Of a stretch of 38,415 bases of DNA, positions 6,339 through 14,681 are shown one piece after another. The notes under the pieces were generated by a model. The model saw only the letters and a program-made list of their open reading frames with translations, did not search any database and was not told the origin of the DNA. The position numbers and the translations under genes were made by a program. The DNA is taken from the NCBI GenBank assembly GCA_043765655.1, contig JAYUIW010000083.1, positions 1 to 38,415 on the forward strand, in the 5' to 3' direction. Source of the stretch: a bacterium (GTDB lineage Bacteria; Patescibacteriota; JACMRA01). Each line of letters starts with the position of its first letter. The first letter of the stretch is position 1.

Positions 6339-7805
6339 ATGCCCTCGAATACTAATTTAACATCTCAGCAAATCCACGATTTTTTTAAGTCCTACGACAT
6401 GCGTGGCACTGTTCCAACTCTGAACGCAGAGATTTTTTATTGGACTGGTTACGGGCTTTTTGACCTTATTGTCAAGCCTCAAAACCTCCCAACAACTATT
6501 AATTTGATGCATGATTGTCGCCTTAGTTCGCCAGAATTCTACAAGGCTTTTGCTCAAGGTGTAATCGACGCTGGTGGAATGGTCAACAATCTTGGTTATG
6601 GAAGTACGGATCTACTATATGCTTCAACTCTAGTTACTCACAATACTGGTGCAATGATTACCGCGAGTCATAATCCCAAGGACGATAACGGTGTCAAAAT
6701 CCTCAAGATCGGCTCTACAATGCTCGGATTAGAAGAAGGTCTTGGAATAGTTCGTGATTTTGTTATTGCCAAATATAGTACTGATGAAAATTTGAACACT
6801 AAGCTAGAAAATCTGACTGATCCAGTAATGGACGAAGATCTCAAGACTAAGGTTAATGAGTTTTTTGTGCAAACAATTCGCGGAATTGGAGGAGCTGCAG
6901 AGGTTGATTCAATCTTGGCTTCACGGGGTCAAAAGCTCAAAATTGCCGTCGATGCAGGCAATGGAATGGGCGGTTATGTAATGGAGTTAATCAAGGATAT
7001 TTATCAAAACATTGAATTCGTACCACTATACTGGGAATTAGACGGTAATTATCCTAATCATCCTGCTGATCCACAGAACTTCGACAATCTCAAGGATCTC
7101 CAAAACATAGTTCGAACTACGGACATTGATTTTGGGTTCGCATTCGATGGAGATTCGGATAGAATTTTCTTTGTGGATGATAACGGTGATATTATTAACG
7201 GAGATTTCCTCGTAGCCTTCTTTTCTAGAGCAATTCTCAAAGCCAACCAAAAAAATCCAAGCCCTAATTACAATCATGCAATTGTGTATCTACAACCGGG
7301 ATCTCGATGTGTTATCGAAGCCATTAATGAGTGCGACGGTGTAGCAATTCCGTCAATGCAAGGACATACCAAGATCAAAGAACAAATGCAAAAATATAAA
7401 GCTCTATATGGTGGAGAATTCTCTGGACATCACTATTTTGCGCAATTTGGTTATCTGGATTCTGGAGTTATGGCGGGAGTTCTACTTATCAAAATTATTA
7501 CGGAACAAAATCAAAAAATCTCCCAAGTCTTCCAAAAACTCAAAAAAACCTACTTTATCTCGGATCTCGTGAACTTCAAAATTCCTGAGGGAATGACCTT
7601 TGAGGATATCAAAAATAAAATCAAACTAGCCTTTCAAGATTCAGTAACTAGCGAAATGGATGGAATTAGTGTGTTTTATCCCGATTGGAAATTCTCTATG
7701 AGACCAAGTAACACTGAACCCAAAGTTAGATTCATCCTAGAAACTAGAAGCACGGACAATGTTGCTGAGAAGTTAGCTCTAGTTAAAGAGGTTGTAGGGT
7801 ATTAA
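6339..7805 (+). CDS. Phosphomannomutase/phosphoglucomutase (alpha-D-phosphohexomutase family)
   Basis: Catalytic Ser loop TASHNPKDDNG, metal loop FDGDSDR, and the GEFSGH sugar-binding loop. Confidence 0.9.
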   Translation: MPSNTNLTSQQIHDFFKSYDMRGTVPTLNAEIFYWTGYGLFDLIVKPQNLPTTINLMHDCRLSSPEFYKAFAQGVIDAGGMVNNLGYGSTDLLYASTLVTHNTGAMITASHNPKDDNGVKILKIGSTMLGLEEGLGIVRDFVIAKYSTDENLNTKLENLTDPVMDEDLKTKVNEFFVQTIRGIGGAAEVDSILASRGQKLKIAVDAGNGMGGYVMELIKDIYQNIEFVPLYWELDGNYPNHPADPQNFDNLKDLQNIVRTTDIDFGFAFDGDSDRIFFVDDNGDIINGDFLVAFFSRAILKANQKNPSPNYNHAIVYLQPGSRCVIEAINECDGVAIPSMQGHTKIKEQMQKYKALYGGEFSGHHYFAQFGYLDSGVMAGVLLIKIITEQNQKISQVFQKLKKTYFISDLVNFKIPEGMTFEDIKNKIKLAFQDSVTSEMDGISVFYPDWKFSMRPSNTEPKVRFILETRSTDNVAEKLALVKEVVGY

Positions 7806-7815
7806 GGGTTAAAAT

Positions 7816-8150
7816 CCCCTCTTATAAGGGGGTACAATTTCAAAAAATACTGTCACCCTATTTTTTACACTGTCATCTTGAGCATAGCGAAAGATCCCCT
7901 GTTGTTCAAACCAAAACTCCCACTGTCATTCTGAGCAAAGCGAAGAATCCCCTAGCTTTTGAGTTTATACAACCCCCAAGCTTCGCTTGACCCCTTCGGA
8001 TACATGCGTCGCCGTATCAAGTACGGCTGTACCAGGGTCTTCAAAAGGGGTATGCTCCCAAAAAACTGTCATCTTGAGCAAGTGAGAAGTGGGTTCGGGT
8101 TTCCCGAACAAAGCATTCGCCACGACATGCGAAATACTCCCTGTTGTTCA
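7816..8150 (+). repeat. Hairpin-module array. R7/R3-like 7816-7832, R1 7870-7908, R1 7923-7953, R4/R6-like 7971-7994, R5 7991-8050, R1 with a ~48-nt loop insert 8066-8150
   Basis: All modules are in + orientation, downstream of the phosphohexomutase gene. ORFs 7959..8165 and 8041..8241 are artefacts of this array. Confidence 0.85.
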
Positions 8151-8200
8151 AACCAAGTCTATTAATCAAAAATATACACTTGGTTAATGAAAGTAAAAAG

Positions 8201-9085
8201 CTATAAATTAGTATTATAAGCTCTAAAATTAGACATATCAAATTTTGGTTTGTTGCCTGAGTTTTTGAGTAAATTATAACTTCCTATAATTGTAGCTATG
8301 AGTTGGAAAGCTTGACTTGCCTTTCGTTTTCTAATCTTACTTTTTTTGTATTCTTCAGTTTTTTTAAAATACTCCCACTCAAAAGAACGCCTCTCTACAC
8401 TACGTCCATATACCTCATGTCTTTCTGCGGTTTGTATTTTGAGTATATTTACAAAGTCTCCACTAAGTAAAAGCGTCAAAAGCATTCTAAGATAAACTTT
8501 TTTTTCGGTTAAAATTCGTTCAAGTTCCATTCCAAACATTTTGGCAACAGTTCTATCTAGCTCAAGCTTGGATTGCGTTACAGTTCCGTTCTCTTTCATC
8601 TGCGGAGTTATGTCGAATCCCGTTGGAATAATTAGCAATCTATCAATGACTGAACGGTCGAAAGATTCATCTAACCTTAAATAATCGATAAACATTTTTT
8701 CTAATTCTCTAGCGTTTTGAAAGGCTTCTGTATTGTAAGGGAATTGAGAAGTTCCGCAGTCAGCAGCAGGTCCGTTAACAAGTAGAATTATTTTTCTATC
8801 AGGGTATTGAATTAGCTCTTTTTTGATTTCGGAATAATGCTTTGAAAGATAGCAAAGATTAAACCAACTATTTTGCATACTTAATTCTTCCGTATCATCC
8901 GGTCTGTTGATAATATTTTGAGGATAAGAGTAATTATTAACTCCGCCGTAGCAATGTAAAGTTTGCAAAGTTGTGTTGGGATATTTGAACTCTTCAACCA
9001 ATCTAAGCAAATTACTTACTTCGTTAATTCGGTTTTTTCTAAGATCTGGAGCTTGTTCGTTCCATAGGACTTTATTAACATTCAT
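8201..9085 (-). CDS. Hypothetical protein (294 aa)
   Basis: Long ORF with ordinary composition. No motif that I can name with confidence. Confidence 0.5.
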   Translation of the reverse strand: MNVNKVLWNEQAPDLRKNRINEVSNLLRLVEEFKYPNTTLQTLHCYGGVNNYSYPQNIINRPDDTEELSMQNSWFNLCYLSKHYSEIKKELIQYPDRKIILLVNGPAADCGTSQFPYNTEAFQNARELEKMFIDYLRLDESFDRSVIDRLLIIPTGFDITPQMKENGTVTQSKLELDRTVAKMFGMELERILTEKKVYLRMLLTLLLSGDFVNILKIQTAERHEVYGRSVERRSFEWEYFKKTEEYKKSKIRKRKASQAFQLIATIIGSYNLLKNSGNKPKFDMSNFRAYNTNL

Positions 9086-9136
9086 AATCTTGATTATAAC
9101 TTAATTTAGCACCTTTGTCAAAAATCTAAAAACCAC

Positions 9137-9952
9137 CTATAAACTCAAATTTTGAACCACTAATTTTTTGAGACAATTAGCATTATTGAGTTCGTGACTC
9201 TTCAGAACATTTTGGATTAATTTTGCGACCGAAGTATCTAATTTTTCTTTATAAATAAAAGTCAGATTAGTTTCTAACAACCACAACCAAAAATCCAGTT
9301 CATAGCGTTCGACATCGCTGAGTTTATCAATCGTCAAGAAGTTTTTTTGGAGTAATATTCCAATCGCTTCTTTGGGATCTGGGAGAATTTTTTTAACTTT
9401 GGTGAGTAGATTTTGGTCGATGTTGGCAATTGAGAATTCACTAGTTAGGTTCTGAGTTACACACCGCGAGAGAATGGTTGGAAGAACTTCGCTACGACTT
9501 TGGGCAGTGAGAATAATAAATAAATTGGTTGGTGGTTCCTCGATTAGTTTGAGCATTCCTTCCTGAAGCGTTGTTGAATATTGGCTAAGATCTCCTAGAA
9601 TTAGCAAAGTTGGAGTTGAGTAGTTTTGGTAAACATCGCTGGCAACGAATTGGCGGAATTGCTCCTTGGCGGAGTCTGTAGAATCTTTGATATTTTCAAA
9701 AAGGATAACTTTTTTGTCCATTTTGGCGTTTTCTAGAATTTCCAAGTTTGGTTTAAGCTTAGTTAATTCATTTATATCTAGCCATTTTGAATTTGAGCTA
9801 GAACTATTATCAAAACATTGTCCAAAAAACTGCACTAAAATTGAATTAAAATTATTAGTATCAAGTTTTGTTTGGGTGATTATTAAGTGAGAGTGGATCA
9901 TAGGGTTGGGATTGGGTGGTGGTGTTTTTAATTTGAAAAAGGCTAATTTCAA
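9137..9952 (-). CDS. holB: DNA polymerase III delta-prime subunit-like clamp-loader protein
   Basis: LKLIEEPPTNLFIILTAQSRSEVLPTILSRC matches the delta-prime LK.LEEPP....L.......LL.TI.SRC box. The annotated start is TTG, directly abutting an R2 repeat. The ATG at 9901 (MIHSHL..) is a more likely start. Confidence 0.7.
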   Translation of the reverse strand: MKLAFFKLKTPPPNPNPMIHSHLIITQTKLDTNNFNSILVQFFGQCFDNSSSSNSKWLDINELTKLKPNLEILENAKMDKKVILFENIKDSTDSAKEQFRQFVASDVYQNYSTPTLLILGDLSQYSTTLQEGMLKLIEEPPTNLFIILTAQSRSEVLPTILSRCVTQNLTSEFSIANIDQNLLTKVKKILPDPKEAIGILLQKNFLTIDKLSDVERYELDFWLWLLETNLTFIYKEKLDTSVAKLIQNVLKSHELNNANCLKKLVVQNLSL

Positions 9953-10259
9953 CTGTCATCCTAAACTTGTTTCAGGATCTAAAATAGTAATTATTAGAAT
10001 TTATGGTCAAAAATTTACAGGTTTCGTTAAAAAATAAATTTAAGATTAAGATTTGTTATCAGGCTTACAATCTCTTAAAACAACCTTTTTAGATCCTGAA
10101 ACAAGTTCAGGATGACATAGTGGGAGTTTCAGCTTGAACAACAGGGGATTCTTCGGTTCCCTCAGAATGACAGTTTGTTTTAGGATTGTACCCCCTAGCC
10201 CCCTGACAGGGGGAATTATTTGGAATATAGGGGATCTTTCGCTTCGCTCAAGATGACAG
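9953..10259. repeat. Hairpin-module array. R2(+)9953-9985, R2(-)10090-10117, R1(-)10133-10173, R7 10198-10213, R1(-)10229-10259
   Basis: Matches to the R1/R2/R7 consensus. ORF 10046..10318 is an artefact of this array. Confidence 0.85.
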
Positions 10260-10314
10260 CGTGATGGAATTTTTAAGATGAAAGTATAAAAAATATAAAT
10301 TAAGCTTTGATGCT

Positions 10315-11217
10315 TCACTCAATTATATTCCTAATTCTAGAATCGCGAATTGCCAGAGTATGAAAGTTGTAATTATTGGGTTCCAAGTATTCTTTGGAAT
10401 TACCAAAGTTGCTTTTCCAGATTGGTAAAAAATAGTTTTTGAAAGTTTGGTTTGAGTTAAAATTTGAATTATAAATTACTGTCTGTTCCAGTGTTTTCTT
10501 CATCTTTTTAAATTTAGACTTGGTAAGTTTACCCAAAAAGTTGCTTATTTTTTTGAATACTTTATCCCAAGCTTCTTTGACGCTAAGCTTAAAATCTCGA
10601 TAGCCAAAAAGCCCGATTGGAATTCTAAAATTTAGGAACAAAGATTCCCAAAGTGCTATATCCCAAGGACAAAAAACAAGGTTAAGTTTAATTGTATCTT
10701 TGGTTTTGGATTCCAAGTTTTCTACCACGTTCTGTGTTACTTTCTGTATTACTTTCGGCTCCAAGCTTTGCTTCAGTTTTTCTTTCCCAATCTCCAATTT
10801 TGGATTCAGTTTTTTTTCCAACTTTGTCAAAAAATTCTTGACATCCTTTCGTCCACAATCTGCTTGTACGAAGTAAATTTGCTTTACGCTTTGAACTTGC
10901 TCTAAACCAAAGTTGGTAACTGTATTATACAAAAGCTGGCAACCCATAGAATGACAAACAATAATCGAAGCTTTGGATTCTTGAATTTGCTTGATTAGTT
11001 GGGCTTGAAGTTGGAGATCTTGAGCTAGTTTTTTTTCTCTAAAATAAAGATTCAGTAAACCAAAAATGTTATAGAACTTGAGATTACTCAAAATTCCCCA
11101 TCGAAAAAGTTCAGCTTCTCCAGAGTCAATCTCGTTAGCAAAAGCCTCAAATTTCCTGTACGGATCACAACCTGCATAGTTAGAATCAAAACCGTGGACT
11201 AGAATATATTTTGACAT
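10315..11217 (-). CDS. Alpha/beta-hydrolase-fold protein (putative esterase/lipase)
   Basis: N-terminal ILVHGF.. strand and the nucleophile elbow CHSMGC (G/x-x-S-x-G type). Confidence 0.55.
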   Translation of the reverse strand: MSKYILVHGFDSNYAGCDPYRKFEAFANEIDSGEAELFRWGILSNLKFYNIFGLLNLYFREKKLAQDLQLQAQLIKQIQESKASIIVCHSMGCQLLYNTVTNFGLEQVQSVKQIYFVQADCGRKDVKNFLTKLEKKLNPKLEIGKEKLKQSLEPKVIQKVTQNVVENLESKTKDTIKLNLVFCPWDIALWESLFLNFRIPIGLFGYRDFKLSVKEAWDKVFKKISNFLGKLTKSKFKKMKKTLEQTVIYNSNFNSNQTFKNYFLPIWKSNFGNSKEYLEPNNYNFHTLAIRDSRIRNIIE

Positions 11218-11289
11218 TAATAGTAGTTTGAACCAGAATTATAATAACGTCAAATTAACGTAAACTTAAAATCTCAAAAAAGCCTCAAT

Positions 11290-11838
11290 ATGAAAATTAT
11301 TCTCAAAATGTTACAATCTGTGGATGGCGTAATTGCTCGCAATCTGGACACTAACCAAGTCGATGAACTGGACTGGGGATCGTCGCAGGACAAAAAAAGC
11401 TTCAAAGAATTAACTGAACAATCTGGAGTTATGATTCTGGGCTCGACAACATTCCGCAATATGCCCAAATTTGTTTTCAAAAAAAGGCTGGGAGTTGTGT
11501 TAACTAGAAGTGTGGACAAACTGCAAGCAGAACACCAAGATTCGGGTTTGAATTTACTCTTTGTGGAGCCTGATCCCGTTGAAGTTGTTCAGAGATTAGA
11601 AGAACTAAAGTACCAAACCGTAATTCTATGCGGAGGTTCCAAGGTTAACGGAATGTTCCTCAAAGCAAATCTGGTTGATGAAATTCACTTGACGATTGCT
11701 CCTAAAATTTTCGGAACTGGTGTGAGACTGGTTGATCTTTTGGACACCAAGGAAAGTCAAGATATAAGACTAGAAATCATTGAACAAGAAACACTGGCAA
11801 CTTCGGAGATTTTGATCAAGTATCGAATAGTTAAGTAA
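11290..11838 (+). CDS. RibD C-terminal domain / dihydrofolate-reductase-like reductase
   Basis: LQSVDGVIA..., ILGSTTFR, and ILCGGSKVNGMFLKANLVDEIHLTIAPKIFG are the RibD_C/DHFR-like signature segments. Confidence 0.7.
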   Translation: MKIILKMLQSVDGVIARNLDTNQVDELDWGSSQDKKSFKELTEQSGVMILGSTTFRNMPKFVFKKRLGVVLTRSVDKLQAEHQDSGLNLLFVEPDPVEVVQRLEELKYQTVILCGGSKVNGMFLKANLVDEIHLTIAPKIFGTGVRLVDLLDTKESQDIRLEIIEQETLATSEILIKYRIVK

Positions 11839-11942
11839 GATTTGTTTTCTAAGTAATTTGAACTTAGATTTTCTAATTTATTTTTTATTAAAACTATCTC
11901 AAACTTCCAAGTAAAGTCTTAAATTTTGGTTAATTTGGGGTT

Positions 11943-12056
11943 GTATACCAATATCACTTTCAACTTTTACAAAAAACTTCAAAAAGCAAATAAATGTTTT
12001 TACTTCAAAGTATTTTTGAGTAAAAGTCAGTCAAAGTTCATATGGGTTTGGGTATA
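11943..12056 (+). repeat. R8 copy 1: ~115-nt long imperfect hairpin element, 83 nt upstream of guaA
   Basis: Aligns along its full length with 25298-25413 and 28953-29070. The arms TATACCAATATCACTTTCAACTTTTACAAAA and TTTTTGAGTAAAAGTCAGTCAAAGTTCATATGGGTTTGGGTATA pair. Confidence 0.85.
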
Positions 12057-12138
12057 AAACTTATATAGAATAACTTAAAGAAATTTGTTTGCAAAATTTG
12101 CATTTGACAAAAGATAAATTATGAGGCATTTTTAGAAT

Positions 12139-13140
12139 ATGTATAATAAGGTTTTGGTGCTAAATTATGGTTCGCAGTTCACACAGCTAATAGCTCGTCG
12201 AGTTCGCGAATTAGGTGTTTATTCTGAGATTAAGGATTGTGATTTTCCTTTTGAAAGTATTATTGCAGACACGTCAATCAAGGCAATTATTCTCTCTGGT
12301 GGTCCGCATTCTGTGTACGAACAAGATGCACCCAATATTGACAAGAGGATATTGGAGAGTGGTTTGCCAATCTTTGGGATCTGTTACGGGCAACAGACCA
12401 TCTCGCACGTTATGGGTGGCAAAGTCGAAACCGCCGACAAAGGCGAATACGGCAAAGGTAATCTAGAAATTAACGAGCTTGGACTTCAGACTCTTTTTGA
12501 GGGAATTAGTCCTGCAACTCAGGTTTGGCAATCACACCGTGATCACGTAACAACACTGCCAGATGGATTTCAATCTCTCGGTAGTAGTGAGAATTGTCCC
12601 AACGCCGCTATTGGTAATATTGAAGCCAAGATCTACGGAGTGCAGTATCATCCAGAGGTTGTACATTCGCTTGACGGTTCCAAGGTTCTAGCTAATTTCT
12701 TATTCAAAGTAGCGGGAATTAATCCGAATTGGAATACTACATCCTATATCAACGATCAAATGCTCAAAATCCAGACTCAAGTCGGTAGCGATAAAGTCTT
12801 GTGTGGACTATCTGGTGGAGTTGACTCTTCGGTCGTGGCAGCACTGGTCCAAAAAGCAATTCCTGGACAGATTCACTGCGTTTTTGTAGATAACGGACTT
12901 CTGAGAATGAACGAAAAAGAAGAAGTAGAAGAAGTTTTTAGGAATCACTTCAAAATTGAATTAACCGTAGCTGATGCTAGTGAGATTTTCTTAGATAGGC
13001 TAACGAGAGTAACAGACCCAGAAACCAAACGTAAAATAATTGGTAATACCTTTGTAGAAGTCTTCGATCTCGCCAAAACCAGCCTGAATCAAGAAATTAA
13101 AATCACCAAGGATTTGAATATTGAGATTGTTAAGACGTAG
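12139..13140 (+). CDS. guaA: GMP synthase, C-terminally truncated: GATase domain plus the first part of the ATP-pyrophosphatase domain only
   Basis: GATase motifs (GICYG, H..E triad region), the PP-loop SGGVDSSV, and KRKIIGNTFVEVF. The ORF stops at 333 aa, where full-length GuaA continues with ..LAQGT.YPDVIES.. and the dimerisation domain (about 190 aa missing). The repeat array starts 13 nt after the stop. Confidence 0.85.
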   Translation: MYNKVLVLNYGSQFTQLIARRVRELGVYSEIKDCDFPFESIIADTSIKAIILSGGPHSVYEQDAPNIDKRILESGLPIFGICYGQQTISHVMGGKVETADKGEYGKGNLEINELGLQTLFEGISPATQVWQSHRDHVTTLPDGFQSLGSSENCPNAAIGNIEAKIYGVQYHPEVVHSLDGSKVLANFLFKVAGINPNWNTTSYINDQMLKIQTQVGSDKVLCGLSGGVDSSVVAALVQKAIPGQIHCVFVDNGLLRMNEKEEVEEVFRNHFKIELTVADASEIFLDRLTRVTDPETKRKIIGNTFVEVFDLAKTSLNQEIKITKDLNIEIVKT

Positions 13141-13152
13141 GCTATTAAAGCG

Positions 13153-13645
13153 ACCCTCGGCACTTCGTGCCACTCCCTACATAGGGAGACCAAAACCACA
13201 GCTGTCATCTTGAGCGAAGCGAAAGATCCCCTGCTGTTCAGAATTTACTACCATTAGAACCCCTGTCAACTTCGTTGACATCCCCTTAATAAGGGGAAAC
13301 TTATAGCAAAAACTTTGATTTTGAGATAAAAACTTCCACTGTCATCCTGAACTTGTCATGTTAGAACCTATCGTCGGAACAAGTTCGACTTGCAACCAGT
13401 TACTTTTCAGGATCTAAAAAGATTGTTTTATGCTGTCATTCTGAACGAATGTGAAGAATCCCCTGTTGTTAGCTATAAAGCATGAACTATATTCACCCTG
13501 TCAGAGGGTTAGGCAGTACAAAAAAACATTTAAAATTGAATCAAACCAACAGATCTTTCGCTATGCTCAAGATGACGAAATAATAACTTTTAACATAAAA
13601 CAAAATCCCCGAGCCATTAGGCTCATCCCTTTATCAAGAGGTAAC
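13153..13645. repeat. Hairpin-module array. R4-variant 13153-13189, R1(+)13202-13240, R4(+)13260-13300, R2L(+)13339-13416, R1(+)13433-13470, R7 13496-13508, R1(-)13544-13578, R3(+)13602-13645
   Basis: This array fills the whole guaA-prs gap. ORFs 13451..13723 and 13623..13874 are artefacts of it. Confidence 0.85.
13339..13416 (+). repeat. R2L copy 2
   Basis: CTGTCATCCTGAACTTGTCATGTTAGAACCTATCGTCGGAACAAGTTCGACTTGCAACCAGTTACTTTTCAGGATCTA. Confidence 0.85.
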
Positions 13646-13695
13646 AAAAAACACTTTTTACCCCAAAAAACCCCAACTCCACAACATCCACCAAT

Positions 13696-14664
13696 ATGTC
13701 TTCTTCTACCAAAACTCTTTTAGCTAATTCAGTAATCATCGCAGGCTCTAACTCCCGTAAACTAGCCAACAACGTCGGAACTTTTAACGATATTCCTGTA
13801 CTCCAGCACAAGCTCACTAGCTTCGTTAACTCTGAGATGAAAATTACTATTCCATTCAACCTGGATCCCAACACTAACGTTTATATTGTCCAGTCGACTT
13901 CCAGTCCTGCTAATGGAACACTTATGGAATTAATGTTAATTATTGACACTCTCAAGAACCATGGAATTAACAACATCCACGCCATAATTCCTTATCTGGG
14001 TTATGCCCGCCAAGACAAAGAGCATCTTCCAGGAGAGTCAATGTCGCTGGATATGATCGTTAGAATTTTGAATTCTCTTGGGCTCCAGTCGATCCACACC
14101 GTGGACATTCACAATGCGGAGGTTATCGAGGCTTTGGCATTACCGATTCATAATCAATCGACTATGAAGACTCTTGCCAAGAATATCTTCAAAGACCTAA
14201 AACTAGACGAAACCACCGAAAGCCAATTCGTTATCGCCTCTCCAGATCAAGGCGGTGTGGATAGAGCCAAGGATTTTGCGGAAGGATTCTTCACTAATCC
14301 CGAGAACTCTAAGTTCGTCAGTGTCAAAAAAGAACGCGAACTAACCAAGGTTCACTATTCCAATGCCGTGGAATTATACGGAGACATTGACCGCCAAAAA
14401 ATGATTATAATCGACGATATTAGTACTAGTGGAGGCACGATTCTGAACGCTATTGAACTCTGTAGGGCCAACGGTGTCAAAGAAATCTACGTCGTAATTG
14501 TCCATGCCGACTTTGCCCGCGGAGTATTGGAGAAGTTCGAGAATCACGATCTTATTGTCAAAATGTACACTACCAACACTATCGAAAAGCCAATCGAAGA
14601 TCTAGACTGGTTCTCCAAGACCAAAGTTATTGATGTTAGTGAGGTTTTTGGGTTACAAGACTAA
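13696..14664 (+). CDS. prs: Ribose-phosphate pyrophosphokinase
   Basis: PRPP-binding loop IIDDISTSGGT, the ..YARQDK.. flexible-loop motif, and SPDQGGVDRA. Confidence 0.9.
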   Translation: MSSSTKTLLANSVIIAGSNSRKLANNVGTFNDIPVLQHKLTSFVNSEMKITIPFNLDPNTNVYIVQSTSSPANGTLMELMLIIDTLKNHGINNIHAIIPYLGYARQDKEHLPGESMSLDMIVRILNSLGLQSIHTVDIHNAEVIEALALPIHNQSTMKTLAKNIFKDLKLDETTESQFVIASPDQGGVDRAKDFAEGFFTNPENSKFVSVKKERELTKVHYSNAVELYGDIDRQKMIIIDDISTSGGTILNAIELCRANGVKEIYVVIVHADFARGVLEKFENHDLIVKMYTTNTIEKPIEDLDWFSKTKVIDVSEVFGLQD

Positions 14665-14681
14665 GGTAGTGTTAATATAAT

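Noticed and set aside
9950-9952. TTG starts given for holB (9952) and cmk (25271)
   Set aside because: Both extended N-termini overlap a repeat module or a terminator and add non-conserved residues. The downstream ATGs at 9901 and 25217 are preferred. The coordinates of the long ORFs are kept in the feature table for traceability.
11943-12056. R8 as a known riboswitch (purine, ZTP/pfl, THF or glycine) given the guaA/glyA context
   Set aside because: None of the conserved cores of those classes is present. The element is extremely AT-rich and almost perfectly hairpin-shaped. One copy lacks any downstream same-strand gene. It is kept only as an unclassified candidate.
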